The notes beneath the pieces are model-generated. The model did no database searches. It saw nothing but the letters and a program-made list of their open reading frames with translations, and had not been told where the DNA came from. A stretch of DNA of 64,000 nucleotides, taken from positions 224,001 to 288,000 of IMG/VR virus record IMGVR_UViG_3300036987_000310. The stretch is one strand, 5' to 3'. The DNA is from a virus (taxonomy: Duplodnaviria; Caudoviricetes). A program made the translations under genes and the position numbers. Shown here in pieces: positions 1 through 9,200 of the stretch (within the stretch, counting starts at the first letter, position 1; each line of letters begins with the position of its first letter).

Positions 1-6
1 CAAAAG

Positions 7-351
7 TTGAAGATCGCGTCGGCAAGGCTTGGCGAATGCCGTCTCAAGTCAAACGGAACGGTCACGTTCGCCGTGAGCGACAGGTACTATTGCGGCGCTG
101 TTTTTCGCGTCAGGCGCAACATCAACGCGTCTGCTAATGCCAAAGCGGATGCTAAGGCTTTCGCCAGCATCCTGGCTCAAGCTTTGGTTCAGTTCGACGA
201 CCGAGACTGGCACGCAAAGGCTCGCACCCCGCAAAAATTGCTTGACTTGCGGCAAACGGTTCCTTCATGGCTGATTGAAGACGGGCATGTCGAGCGCATG
301 TTCAACGACATGTTGGACGCGATTGAAATCGTAAATGTTATGGGAGTTTAG
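7..351 (+). CDS. hypothetical protein, probably 5'-truncated, carries C-terminal tag
   Basis: Frame is open from the window edge; ends IEIVNVMGV*. Confidence 0.6.
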   Translation: MKIASARLGECRLKSNGTVTFAVSDRYYCGAVFRVRRNINASANAKADAKAFASILAQALVQFDDRDWHAKARTPQKLLDLRQTVPSWLIEDGHVERMFNDMLDAIEIVNVMGV

Positions 352-484
352 TGGATTGGGTCTAGCAAACCACAATCTTCGTGTAAATCGAGCGAGTGAG
401 CAAGCGAGTTTAACAGGCGGGGGCCCGCCTCCAAGTCGGAGGGTCAGTCTGCCCTAGAAACGGTCCCGCATCAGCATTCAAACA

Positions 485-532
485 CGAATTTGGCGGATCG
501 TCAAGTTTAAGTCTGACGATCCGCCAAATTCG
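485..532. terminator. perfect 19-bp inverted repeat between convergent genes
   Basis: CGAATTTGGCGGATCGTCA-N10-TGACGATCCGCCAAATTCG. Confidence 0.6.
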
Positions 533-583
533 ACATCCCAGTTGGCGATTCGCTATCGCCGCTTATCCCAAATTCTTCCGTCC

Positions 584-697
584 GCCTACTGCGCAGCCGT
601 CGGGTCTTCGCTTGCGCCATCAGCCAATTCCCAGTTTCAAATGGGGAACCCCCATATAAAGCCTACTGCGCAGTTGTTGGGTCCTCGCTTGCGCCAT
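584..697. repeat. 37-bp imperfect direct repeat, two copies (584-620, 661-697)
   Basis: gcctactgcgcag..gt.gggtc.tcgcttgcgccat, 33/37 identical. Confidence 0.85.
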
Positions 698-757
698 GAC
701 TGGCCCAGACTAAAAGGTGTTTTTGCCTCACGTAGTGTCCAGCATATCATCCTCCTC

Positions 758-1141
758 TCACATTGTCATGACTTGTCGAACCTGTGCCTGCTTAAGCCAT
801 CCTATAAGAATGCAAGAAACCTTTCGAGGAGAGTCTGTGCTGTTCAATCCGAAAACGTGCACAAACGGGCCCCCGCCAGCAAGTGCTCGAAGCTCCAAGC
901 CTCTCCTGATTTTTGTTTTTGAAATCAGGAGGAGGCCGACGCTCACTCCGTTGGCTGACAGCATCCAACGACCCGTCGTCTCATTCCACCAACAGCAGTC
1001 GGGCTGGGTTTGGAACCCAGCTTTGTTTAATCGAGACAGAATGCACTGCGTCACCTCCTTGGCTAGAGTGTCCAACGCTTTGGATGTGTCTGCCAAGGGC
1101 TTTCTTGTTCTCATGTGGTTTGAACTTCTTGAATTATCCAC
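758..1141 (-). CDS. hypothetical protein with C-terminal tag
   Basis: ORF ends QAQVRQVMTM*. Confidence 0.7.
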   Translation of the reverse strand: MDNSRSSNHMRTRKPLADTSKALDTLAKEVTQCILSRLNKAGFQTQPDCCWWNETTGRWMLSANGVSVGLLLISKTKIRRGLELRALAGGGPFVHVFGLNSTDSPRKVSCILIGWLKQAQVRQVMTM

Positions 1142-1326
1142 TCTTCAAAGCCATCGTCGAACGAAACCTTTTCAATTCCTGTTGGAAGATGGCGCCGAAG
1201 AAAATCGTTCAAACAATCTGAGCACACGGGGCGAAGCTTCATGCTGTCCTTGAAACGTATGAAGCAGTCAGCGTTGTTTTCCCTGCCCCTAATCCAGCAC
1301 GTGTAGCACGTCGGGCGCGTCACCAT
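1111..1326 (-). CDS. Zn-finger microprotein with C-terminal tag
   Basis: CYTC..CSDC; ends DDGFEEWIIQEVQTT*; paralog of 3941-4159. Confidence 0.8.
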   Translation of the reverse strand: MVTRPTCYTCWIRGRENNADCFIRFKDSMKLRPVCSDCLNDFLRRHLPTGIEKVSFDDGFEEWIIQEVQTT

Positions 1327-1670
1327 TTGTTCGACCGCCGAGAGCGACGACGTCGCCGCAGGGGCGCCCCGACGGGCTCTAGCGGCTGCGCGCCATGTCG
1401 CTCGATCTCCTCGGCTAGCTGGTTGGTGCCCGCTGCGCGCAAATCGAACAATACCGTGGCACAGTCTGCTCTTCCGTTCCGATCGTGTTTGAGAACAAAC
1501 AGAACCCCGTCGGCCAGCATCTGACTGTCTCCGGACGACGTTTTCTCCTTCAACGGAGTTCCAATTTCAAAAAGCTTCATCATTTCCCTCAGCGCGGCCT
1601 CTCTTGAAGAGTTTGGCATGCGCCTTTCAATGAAGCGATCAATCGCGTGTTCGGTAAAGCTGACCCTCAT
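1320..1670 (-). CDS. hypothetical protein, DUF4258/RelE-like N-terminus
   Basis: FTEHAIDRFIER motif; basic C-terminal tail. Confidence 0.55.
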   Translation of the reverse strand: MRVSFTEHAIDRFIERRMPNSSREAALREMMKLFEIGTPLKEKTSSGDSQMLADGVLFVLKHDRNGRADCATVLFDLRAAGTNQLAEEIERHGAQPLEPVGAPLRRRRRSRRSNKW

Positions 1671-1705
1671 GGCAAATTTCCTTAAAAGTCACCTCGTTTT
1701 GAGCC

Positions 1706-1728
1706 GGGGCGGTTCTTTAGACCGCCCC
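1706..1728. terminator. GC-rich hairpin downstream of 1738-2817
   Basis: GGGGCGGT-N7-ACCGCCCC. Confidence 0.5.
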
Positions 1729-1737
1729 TCCTAAATT

Positions 1738-2817
1738 TTACGCAACAGCCCGTTGGGCGCGCTTGGCGGCTTGTTGGGCATCCCACTCCTCGATGGTGGG
1801 GATTCGGACGGTGCCGTTGGCGGTCTTGGCACATTCCCCAGAGTAGTGGAGCATCATCTGCTTCCACAGGGCGGCCTTGGTCTCCGGGCGCTTCGCCACG
1901 ATCAGGCCACGCTCTGCCTTGTCGTAGAAGCAGTGGGGAATGTTGCGGTAACAGTCCTGGCTCCATTCGCGGGTCCATTCGCGGGTACGCACTCGAACGT
2001 GGTAATGGCCGGGATGCCTTTCCGAGTCCTTGATCCACATCATGGCCAAGGAATCGCGCAAAGCCGCGGCAAGCTTCTTGTACCCCAAGCACTCGATCGC
2101 GTTTGCGCAAGCCGTGTGCACGGGGGACTTGCGGTTCAAGGCCGCGATCCGCACCAAGCCGTTCATCAAGCCGCGCACCCCGAGAGGCTTGTAGTGCTCC
2201 GTGAGGAAGTCCACGAGGGCGGGGTATCCGCTCAGTTCAATCATGGCTCCCATTTCGTCAGGATCCGTGGGCTCCTCGGCGTATCCCTTGGAAGAGCACT
2301 CCGGGCCCATGCCCCGCTCGACAGACACGGCGTCCGTGAGCTTGAGCTTGCAGCGGACGCACTGGGTGCAGATCCCGTTCAGGACCATGTTGCCGTGGAC
2401 CATCTTCTCGGTGGAGATAGCCCCGACCAAAGGCCGATTCAGCTCCAAGCGGTGCGCCTTTTCAGCCGAAGTCTCCTTGACCACAGGGGTTGGGTCCTGA
2501 ACGGACAGGACGGGGGCGGGGTCTGAAGCGGGTGGCGGCTCGCTCGAAGGGGGCTCGGGCTCGGGGGAAACTCCTCGTTCGAAGTCCTTCTCCTGCGCGG
2601 ACAGCCGAAGCTCCAGAGCCTCTTGCTCGCTGTCCGCCACTGCAACGGCATCGTCTTCTTGACCGTTCGCAGCAGCAAGTAGTGCATCCAATTGACTAAC
2701 GAAATCTTGCGACATTGCGTCACCTCCACTGTTTGGTACTCGTGGCGCGCTCGGGCTTTCGATCATTTCCAAGCGCCGTTCTTCCTCTTCAATCATTTGC
2801 TGTTTTACTGCTCCCAT
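1738..2817 (-). CDS. DUF6011-type Zn-binding domain protein
   Basis: CVRCKLKLTDAVSVERGMGPEC matches CxxC..LTD..S..RG.GP.C; low-complexity acidic/Pro N-terminal third. Confidence 0.7.
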   Translation of the reverse strand: MGAVKQQMIEEEERRLEMIESPSAPRVPNSGGDAMSQDFVSQLDALLAAANGQEDDAVAVADSEQEALELRLSAQEKDFERGVSPEPEPPSSEPPPASDPAPVLSVQDPTPVVKETSAEKAHRLELNRPLVGAISTEKMVHGNMVLNGICTQCVRCKLKLTDAVSVERGMGPECSSKGYAEEPTDPDEMGAMIELSGYPALVDFLTEHYKPLGVRGLMNGLVRIAALNRKSPVHTACANAIECLGYKKLAAALRDSLAMMWIKDSERHPGHYHVRVRTREWTREWSQDCYRNIPHCFYDKAERGLIVAKRPETKAALWKQMMLHYSGECAKTANGTVRIPTIEEWDAQQAAKRAQRAVA

Positions 2818-2894
2818 AGCGACCCCGTACGTTCAAAACTGTTGAACTTCCATGATGATCGCTTCGTCCCGAAACATTTTTGAAAACCAGTTGT

Positions 2895-3116
2895 CTAGCT
2901 TTCCATGATTTCCTTGACGTGCTCCACTTCGCGTTGGTGTTTCCATTCGTCCATGCCGTCTTCCAGCGATTGACATAGAATGTGGGACTTTCTTTGTAGA
3001 AGGCACAAGTCACAAGCCGGCACCAAAGTTCCGCTTTCCAGTCTAAGAAACACAGTGGCTTCCTGCCATGTGTGCACCCCGTTGCGAAATCCTGTCGAGC
3101 ATATTCGACACTTCAT
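2895..3116 (-). CDS. Zn-finger microprotein with C-terminal tag
   Basis: CRIC..CDLC; SLEDGMDEW; ends EHVKEIMES*. Confidence 0.8.
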   Translation of the reverse strand: MKCRICSTGFRNGVHTWQEATVFLRLESGTLVPACDLCLLQRKSHILCQSLEDGMDEWKHQREVEHVKEIMES

Positions 3117-3127
3117 GGCTAACTCAG

Positions 3128-3922
3128 CTATGAGTCCATGAGCTCTTTGACGCCCGCCAAGTCGAGAGCTGCTTTGAAATCGCCTTCATCAATGAAGGCG
3201 GCATCCGCTTGATTTCGGCGGCAGAAGTTCAACAGGTTGGACATTGCGTCGAAGTGGTCTCGCGCGAATTGAAAAGTCTTGAACATGTCCTCGGAGCTCA
3301 TGCCCGTCAGTTCGTTGCGGTTCTTCATCAGTTCTTTCACCAGCTTGGCCTGGAAATTCAGCCTCTGGCGTCCGCCAAGCTTGTCAATGTACCGATCGAC
3401 TTCCGCCGGAAATGCGGCAGCTTGCTTGTCCCATTCGGCGCGAACCCTTGCGTCAAGCTCGCGGAGCTCCGCGCAGTTGTTTTCCAACCATGTGCCGAGG
3501 GGTTCAGTGTTGTACTGGCTGTACCCAGTCACTTCAAACGGCTTTCCCACCAAGATGGTTGGCAAGGCAGGCTTTGAAAAATTGGGGTTGAACTCTTGCA
3601 GCGGCGTGGTTGGACTGTAGTCGTATTCAATTACGTACGGCGTCACGGCGTATTTGTGAACTGCGGCAATTATGGTCGACCCGTCGGTGATGAACACCTT
3701 CGGAAAGCCCCACAACCCGCGGCGAGTCAGCGAACTGTGGCTGCTGCCCCGGTTTGGCGGCTTCTTTGAGACGCCGATTTTCTTGACTTCGACGCGAGCT
3801 CGTTTCAAAAATGCGACGCTCAACTCCATCTTGACAACAGTTTCGTTGCAAGTCTTTTCATGCCACAACATTTGGCTGCATTCTTGTTCGGCCCACTCGT
3901 CCACTGCTTGTTTCAAATCCAT
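3128..3922 (-). CDS. hypothetical protein with C-terminal tag
   Basis: 264 aa; SD GAGGTG; ends LDLAGVKELMDS*. Confidence 0.85.
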   Translation of the reverse strand: MDLKQAVDEWAEQECSQMLWHEKTCNETVVKMELSVAFLKRARVEVKKIGVSKKPPNRGSSHSSLTRRGLWGFPKVFITDGSTIIAAVHKYAVTPYVIEYDYSPTTPLQEFNPNFSKPALPTILVGKPFEVTGYSQYNTEPLGTWLENNCAELRELDARVRAEWDKQAAAFPAEVDRYIDKLGGRQRLNFQAKLVKELMKNRNELTGMSSEDMFKTFQFARDHFDAMSNLLNFCRRNQADAAFIDEGDFKAALDLAGVKELMDS

Positions 3923-3940
3923 CTCTTCACCTCGACAGCC

Positions 3941-4159
3941 CTAAGACGACATTGTTTCCTGAACCAGCCACTCGTCCCATCCATCCTCGATGGACACTCG
4001 TTTGGCGACGTCATCAAACGAATTGTCCAGGCATTCGCGACATAGCGGCCTGAGCTTGCCATTCATGGTGCGCATGAACAAGGCTGCCTGCTTCGAGCAC
4101 GTCGAGCGCTCAGCAAACCTGACGTCCCACTCAGGAATCTTCCTGGCGCACTTCACCAT
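3941..4159 (-). CDS. Zn-finger microprotein with C-terminal tag
   Basis: RPLCREC; ends EDGWDEWLVQETMSS*. Confidence 0.8.
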   Translation of the reverse strand: MVKCARKIPEWDVRFAERSTCSKQAALFMRTMNGKLRPLCRECLDNSFDDVAKRVSIEDGWDEWLVQETMSS

Positions 4160-4188
4160 TCAATTTCTCCTCAGTCTTCCGTGATCGA

Positions 4189-4213
4189 ATACGCGGGCGA
4201 GCGGGTGAGCTAC
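4189..4213 (-). promoter_or_regulatory. ECF-type promoter copy
   Basis: GTAGC-N16-GTAT. Confidence 0.6.
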
Positions 4214-4221
4214 GATCGGGC

Positions 4222-5106
4222 TCAGAGCTTTTTTCTCTCAAGATAGTCGGCCAGGTTGCAGCTGAAACACAGCACGCGGTATCCGTCCGGAAAACCTTCG
4301 CGTTTCAACCATCGATAAAACTGAACGCCGCCAATGACTTTGATTCTCTTTCGGTGTGCAGCTCCGTCCATGTTTGGGTGATCAATGCTGAGGACTCGAA
4401 CATCACCATTTCCACACTGAGCACATCTACACTCACCATTCGAATACCTTGCCAAAACCTCTTTTTTCAGGAGCAGTTCTTGCTCATACCTTCGCGCCAG
4501 ATCCGGCCTGGAACTGCGTGTTGGCCATGATTTGAGAGAGTTGCAATTGTGACATAAAACCTGAAATCCTTCAGGGAACTCGTTCTTTTCCAACCACAGA
4601 TAAAGCTTGGATCCTCCATCTGGTCCTTTGCGATTCTTGTCGTCGATGTGATCGATGGCGAGAGCATAGAGCCTGGATTCGCCGCATGCGCATTTCATGC
4701 TCCCGTTTGAATAACGCGCAAGCACCCGTATCTTGCGTTTCAAAATTCGCTCACGACTTTTTGGTTGAATTTTATCTCGACGTTTGTGATGACTTTTCCT
4801 GTGTTGGGCCTTGCGCTTCTCCGGGTCGCGAGCTGATTCATATCCTGCGCATTGTTCAGGTCGGTCTGCGCGATATTTTCGCAAATAGTCATTGCGACAG
4901 GTGGCACATGCTCCGGCCTTCGTCCATCCATCTGGCGGGTTCGCACCATGTATGGCACACGGTTTCGGCACCCTTGCCATGGCAGCCTCGCGCATACACT
5001 GTTTGCATTCGCGAGCCACTCTGTCTCCGCGACGACGGACATAACACTGCTCTTCGGTCAAGTTGCCGTGTTTCGCACAGGTTCTGATGAACTCCATTAG
5101 AAACAC
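4222..5106 (-). CDS. tandem double HNH homing-type endonuclease
   Basis: Two units: C..IDHID..QVLCHNCN and C..IDHPN..RVLCFSCN; N-terminal Cys/basic region. Confidence 0.85.
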   Translation of the reverse strand: MFLMEFIRTCAKHGNLTEEQCYVRRRGDRVARECKQCMREAAMARVPKPCAIHGANPPDGWTKAGACATCRNDYLRKYRADRPEQCAGYESARDPEKRKAQHRKSHHKRRDKIQPKSRERILKRKIRVLARYSNGSMKCACGESRLYALAIDHIDDKNRKGPDGGSKLYLWLEKNEFPEGFQVLCHNCNSLKSWPTRSSRPDLARRYEQELLLKKEVLARYSNGECRCAQCGNGDVRVLSIDHPNMDGAAHRKRIKVIGGVQFYRWLKREGFPDGYRVLCFSCNLADYLERKKL

Positions 5107-5186
5107 TACCGAATGCAGGTTAAACTTCCGTGTTAGAAGGTGTTATAGGAAGGATGTTAGAGAATGTTAGAGGAAGCTGGAGAAAA

Positions 5187-6722
5187 TTACGGACGGTCAA
5201 TGCGAAGCGGCGCAACCCTACCGAACGCGGGCTTGAACCCCGTGTTGTTGCGCGTAAGCACCCACACCACGTCCATTCCTTTGGGACGCAGCTCGTAGGG
5301 CACCGTGCCGCAGTCGCCGTCCGTCAGGACGACAATCACGTCGAAATCCGTGCCCAGGTGCTTCGGGAAGTCCCGAAAAAACTCGTCGAATACGGTCCCT
5401 CCACGTCCGACCACCTTGGTGCGCTTGAGATCTTCCACCTTTTCCACACGGTGGACCCCCGCCCAGTGGGGAGACGCATCGCAGGGGATGACGTATCCTT
5501 CGGTGTTGTTCCCCAGGACCTGCAGCTGGGAGATTCCGTAAGCCATGTCGTCGTCGCCCATGGACCCTGAGGTGTCGAGCATTGCCAGCCAACGGGGCTT
5601 GTGCATGTAGCGCCGAGGCAGGTACATCTTGGGGTTGGTGCCCAAGAACCGCCGCCTGATGCGCTTCCAATCGTTGTTCAACCCCGCGTCCTGGACCTTC
5701 TTGAGCAGGGCGCTGCGAACGATGTCGGTGAACTTCAGGGTTGGCTTCTTCAACTCGCCGAGCATGCCTTCGATTTCCGACGGCAGACTGCCTCTCATCT
5801 GAGTCGCCTGGTCAGCCGCTCGCATGAGATCTGCCTGGACTTCTTGCTGGGTCATGTCGGTGTCGATGTGAGAATCCATGCCGCCCAGTCGGTCCATGGG
5901 CGACCCACATTTTCCGCATTCATGGCCATGCTCGTGAGGATGCTGTCCGCATCCGCTGCTGGGATTCTGTCCAGGCTGGTTCCCGTCTCCTCCATCCCCG
6001 TCTTCCTCTCCAGGCTGGTCTCCAGGCTGATCCCCAGGGGACTTGCCCTTTTGACCTTGCCCCTGATTGCCCTTTTGCTTCTGGCCGTCTGCGCCCATGG
6101 ACAGGTTTCCGCACTGGGGGCACTTGCGCGGGGACTTGTTCCAGTGGTCGATGATCTCGTCGTAGATGGACTCGGGCGACCGGCCGTGCAGCGACTTGTC
6201 CGCGAAGCAGAACTCCCCTTTCGGAAGCTCCTGCTTGCCGTCGATGAACGACAGGAGGGTGGCGAAGCTCAGGGGCTCCCCGATGTTGCCGCCAAACAGC
6301 TGGCCCTTGCGGTGCGTCTTTTCGTGGTCGGTCCACAGGCACGCGTTGACCACATAGTCCACCGAGATGTTCCACACCTGATGCATCTTCCCCTTGCCTC
6401 GCTTCGGGTGGAAGAAGATGATGTGGTAACCCTCGTGCTGCATGACAGTGGCCAGCTCGTCGGGCGTGAGCTTGTTGAGGAATTCTGGGTTCCAGTAGTA
6501 GGTGCGGCCGTCGGTGGCCGCCGTGTCGATGGGCTGTCCGTGCAGTTCAGTGCACAGCTCGTGCGGCTTGGGCGCCGAGTATGCGAACAAGAATGGGTTT
6601 CCACCGTTCTCCGGCTTGCGGAAAAGCCGGGTCATGCAGGAAGAGACCTTCTCCTGCATGGAGTTGAGCTGGGCGCCGTTGGGCGCCACCTTCCTGGGGT
6701 CCGAGAGTCGTGAACCGATCAT
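5187..6722 (-). CDS. DUF2201-type metallopeptidase-like + vWA domain protein
   Basis: TAATDG and HEGYH (HExxH) in N-terminal part; LDTSGSM and LTDG (MIDAS) in C-terminal part; G/Q/P-rich linker flanked by CPQC/CGKC. Confidence 0.9.
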   Translation of the reverse strand: MIGSRLSDPRKVAPNGAQLNSMQEKVSSCMTRLFRKPENGGNPFLFAYSAPKPHELCTELHGQPIDTAATDGRTYYWNPEFLNKLTPDELATVMQHEGYHIIFFHPKRGKGKMHQVWNISVDYVVNACLWTDHEKTHRKGQLFGGNIGEPLSFATLLSFIDGKQELPKGEFCFADKSLHGRSPESIYDEIIDHWNKSPRKCPQCGNLSMGADGQKQKGNQGQGQKGKSPGDQPGDQPGEEDGDGGDGNQPGQNPSSGCGQHPHEHGHECGKCGSPMDRLGGMDSHIDTDMTQQEVQADLMRAADQATQMRGSLPSEIEGMLGELKKPTLKFTDIVRSALLKKVQDAGLNNDWKRIRRRFLGTNPKMYLPRRYMHKPRWLAMLDTSGSMGDDDMAYGISQLQVLGNNTEGYVIPCDASPHWAGVHRVEKVEDLKRTKVVGRGGTVFDEFFRDFPKHLGTDFDVIVVLTDGDCGTVPYELRPKGMDVVWVLTRNNTGFKPAFGRVAPLRIDRP

Positions 6723-6742
6723 TCTGTCACCTCCACAATCTG

Positions 6743-6767
6743 ATACTCGCGGATCGGCGAGAGCTCC
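6743..6767 (-). promoter_or_regulatory. ECF-type promoter copy
   Basis: GGAGC-N16-GTAT, then SD GGAGGTGA and ATG of the vWA gene. Confidence 0.75.
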
Positions 6768-6782
6768 ACCGCGATTTGAGCT

Positions 6783-6980
6783 TCATTCTGGCAGGGTCCA
6801 GCCTTGAACATATCCTACACGAAATCGGTGACGCAGCTCCACCAAGGAGAACACGATTTTGTCGGGTTCTCCTGAAACCATGACGTCGAGCGAATCTGGC
6901 TCGATTTTGAGACCTTGACCCTGAAGGAATTTGACAATTTTGTTACGGGCTCGTTTCGTGGTTTGAATCTGTGCCTTCAT
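6783..6980 (-). CDS. hypothetical protein
   Basis: ATG overlaps the upstream stop; MKAQIQTT.., 65 aa. Confidence 0.6.
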   Translation of the reverse strand: MKAQIQTTKRARNKIVKFLQGQGLKIEPDSLDVMVSGEPDKIVFSLVELRHRFRVGYVQGWTLPE

Positions 6981-7543
6981 GCTGTCATCACCACCTTCAC
7001 CGAGTACAGGTCCCATCCCTTTTGGATAGCTTTCGAGGTTATTTCCTTGCGCCTGAGGACCAAATCCAGCTTCTCTGCCCTCTCCTTGATGCGCCAGGAG
7101 AGCTGTTTGTACCTTTGGAGCCCGTCTTCGAGGTCCGACCGCTGCGGAATCGGCACTGTTGCTCGTGCAGAATTTGCAACCCAAGCATTCTCCTCTTCGA
7201 TGGACTCGTGCAGCCTGCACAACCGCAGGGCGATCATCTTGGCAATGACGGTTGCGGGCGTTGGCGTTTTCTTGACGATCTTCGGCACCACTTCCGAAAT
7301 TTTCTTCAAAACGGCCGCCTCGTCGCCGAAGAACACGAGATTGGACGTGACGCTTCCTCGCTGAAGCGAGCCCCAAACCATGTCTGGCGTCTGCACCCCT
7401 CCTCGAGTTTCGAGGGAACTCATGAAAGCGGACACCTTTTGGAAGTGTCCGTGGGCGCTGTGAAAAGAGAAATCCTTGATCTGCTTGAAGCAGTCTTGTT
7501 TTGCTTTCAGCGCATTGGAAATTGCCTGAGAATATTTCAGCAT
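6977..7543 (-). CDS. hypothetical protein with C-terminal tag
   Basis: Downstream of promoter and SD; ends WDLYSVKVVMTA*. Confidence 0.85.
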   Translation of the reverse strand: MLKYSQAISNALKAKQDCFKQIKDFSFHSAHGHFQKVSAFMSSLETRGGVQTPDMVWGSLQRGSVTSNLVFFGDEAAVLKKISEVVPKIVKKTPTPATVIAKMIALRLCRLHESIEEENAWVANSARATVPIPQRSDLEDGLQRYKQLSWRIKERAEKLDLVLRRKEITSKAIQKGWDLYSVKVVMTA

Positions 7544-7562
7544 TCAATCACCTCCTGGCCCG

Positions 7563-7587
7563 ATACGCGCTCGGATCGCCAACTGCC
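7563..7587 (-). promoter_or_regulatory. ECF-type promoter copy
   Basis: GGCAG-N16-GTAT. Confidence 0.7.
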
Positions 7588-7595
7588 GATGCGCT

Positions 7596-7835
7596 TCATG
7601 AATTGTGCACAAACTCACACAAGCGCTCGTCGCAGGTTGGCCTTTCGCGAACGTCCGGCGCCCTCAAGTTGCACCGCGCACATCTTCTCTCGCGATAGAT
7701 GATGGTCCTTCCGCGGTCGTCGACGTCTCGAACAACTGTCATTCTCCACTGGTGTCCTTTTTTGTCCGGGGGATCAGGTTTGCTGCCATTCTCCCATTCC
7801 CAGGCTCGCTCATTGTCGACGTGTTGGAAGTTCAC
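7596..7835 (-). CDS. Zn-binding microprotein with C-terminal tag
   Basis: GTG overlaps the upstream TGA; CARC..C; ends CDERLCEFVHNS*. Confidence 0.7.
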   Translation of the reverse strand: MNFQHVDNERAWEWENGSKPDPPDKKGHQWRMTVVRDVDDRGRTIIYRERRCARCNLRAPDVRERPTCDERLCEFVHNS

Positions 7836-8095
7836 GACTCCATCACTTCTCGCATGCGGAGCTCGTCTCGAGTGACGAATCGAGCTCCTGGCGGCAAGTT
7901 TTCTGCCTTGATCCGGTGAGCGTGGCAAAGAGCTCTCCACATTTCAAGGCCGTTGTCGAGCCTCAAAATCCACTGAGACGCTTTCTTCTGGCAGCAAAAG
8001 CATTTTTTGCCTGGCAAAGTTTTGCAGCGAGGGATTTTTATATGGGAAATTTTAAATGTTCCGTTGAAAAAATCAGGTGGGAATCTTTTTGGCAT
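7832..8095 (-). CDS. Zn-finger microprotein with C-terminal tag
   Basis: TGATG coupling; CFCC..CHAH; ends RDELRMREVMES*. Confidence 0.8.
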   Translation of the reverse strand: MPKRFPPDFFNGTFKISHIKIPRCKTLPGKKCFCCQKKASQWILRLDNGLEMWRALCHAHRIKAENLPPGARFVTRDELRMREVMES

Positions 8096-8493
8096 CAGTC
8101 CCTCATTATGTCTCGGATGTTGTCCATGAGGCACTTGTTCGGGTCGTGAAAATCTCGGCGCCCGTGGCGCCTTTTGATTGCTCTGCCGCATCCGGGGCAC
8201 TGAACCGGCTTCTTTTCCGGCTTCTCTTCTTGCGGAAACATGACGAGGGGGGCCTCAGAATACGGGCGATAGCTAACTTTCCACCGTAGACGGAACACCT
8301 CTTTCAGAGAAGCATGCTTCTTTCTTTTCGGAGCGATTGCCCACCCGATGGCGGCAGCCTGCTTCAAACACTCCCAAATGTGTTCTGGCGGCTCTGCCAA
8401 GAAATCGGCCACGTCTTTTGCAGAGAATTCTTTCAAGTTCGGATCCGACAGGATCCTTTCGATTCTCGGCATGAGGTCAGGCCGTGCAGACAA
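8095..8493 (-). CDS. HTH-like + Zn-binding protein with C-terminal tag (start uncertain)
   Basis: CPGC..H..HDP..C; ends MDNIRDIMRD*; paralog of 8505-9176. Confidence 0.75.
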   Translation of the reverse strand: MSARPDLMPRIERILSDPNLKEFSAKDVADFLAEPPEHIWECLKQAAAIGWAIAPKRKKHASLKEVFRLRWKVSYRPYSEAPLVMFPQEEKPEKKPVQCPGCGRAIKRRHGRRDFHDPNKCLMDNIRDIMRD

Positions 8494-8504
8494 TGTGTGC
8501 CTCG

Positions 8505-9176
8505 CTAGTCTTTCATGATCAGCGCGATCATGGTCATCCTGCATTGCTCGGGGTCGTGCACTTCGGCTCTTGCGTGCCGACGAGCTGGACAGTTGCACCA
8601 CGGACAACGCCCGTTGCCGCGAGCGGGGCGAGGTGCCCGGCTCGCGGGCTTCCAAACGAAATGACGACGATCGACCAGACGATACAAGACGCCGCTTGCT
8701 GCCGCAAGATCTTGAGGAACCGTGACGAATGGCACGGCGCCAGACCAGGTAATGACCCCGCTTTCTCTCAACTGCTCCAAATATTTTTCGACATCATGGA
8801 TGCCAGCAAAGTCAGCAGCGCTTGCGACCCCGACCTTTTCGAAAACCCGCCGCATTTTGAGAACGATTGACGGGTCGAGCTTTTCTCGCTTCTTTGGCTT
8901 TGGCGGCACAGCGGGAGGCGGAGCTGCAAAGCTGTTTTCATGCCTCACTGCGCCGCCACGAAGGGCCAAAGCGTCCAAACAATCTTGGACGTCTTCCACG
9001 TGTTCGCGAAGTTCTTTGGCGAGGACCGCGGGAGACGTCGTGCGAGCCCAGTCCAAAGCCTGGAGCTTCTTGCCGACTTGAATCAACAAGTCTGGGCGCG
9101 CTTTTCGGACTGGCGGAGGGTCGCCCTTTGCGGGCTTGGGCTTAGGGTCCTTTCGCCGGTCTCGGTTCTTTGCCAT
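8505..9176 (-). CDS. wHTH-like + Zn-binding protein with C-terminal tag
   Basis: CPWC..H..HDP..C; ends MTMIALIMKD*. Confidence 0.8.
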   Translation of the reverse strand: MAKNRDRRKDPKPKPAKGDPPPVRKARPDLLIQVGKKLQALDWARTTSPAVLAKELREHVEDVQDCLDALALRGGAVRHENSFAAPPPAVPPKPKKREKLDPSIVLKMRRVFEKVGVASAADFAGIHDVEKYLEQLRESGVITWSGAVPFVTVPQDLAAASGVLYRLVDRRHFVWKPASRAPRPARGNGRCPWCNCPARRHARAEVHDPEQCRMTMIALIMKD

Positions 9177-9200
9177 GGCGTCACCAGTTCATTCTTTGGT

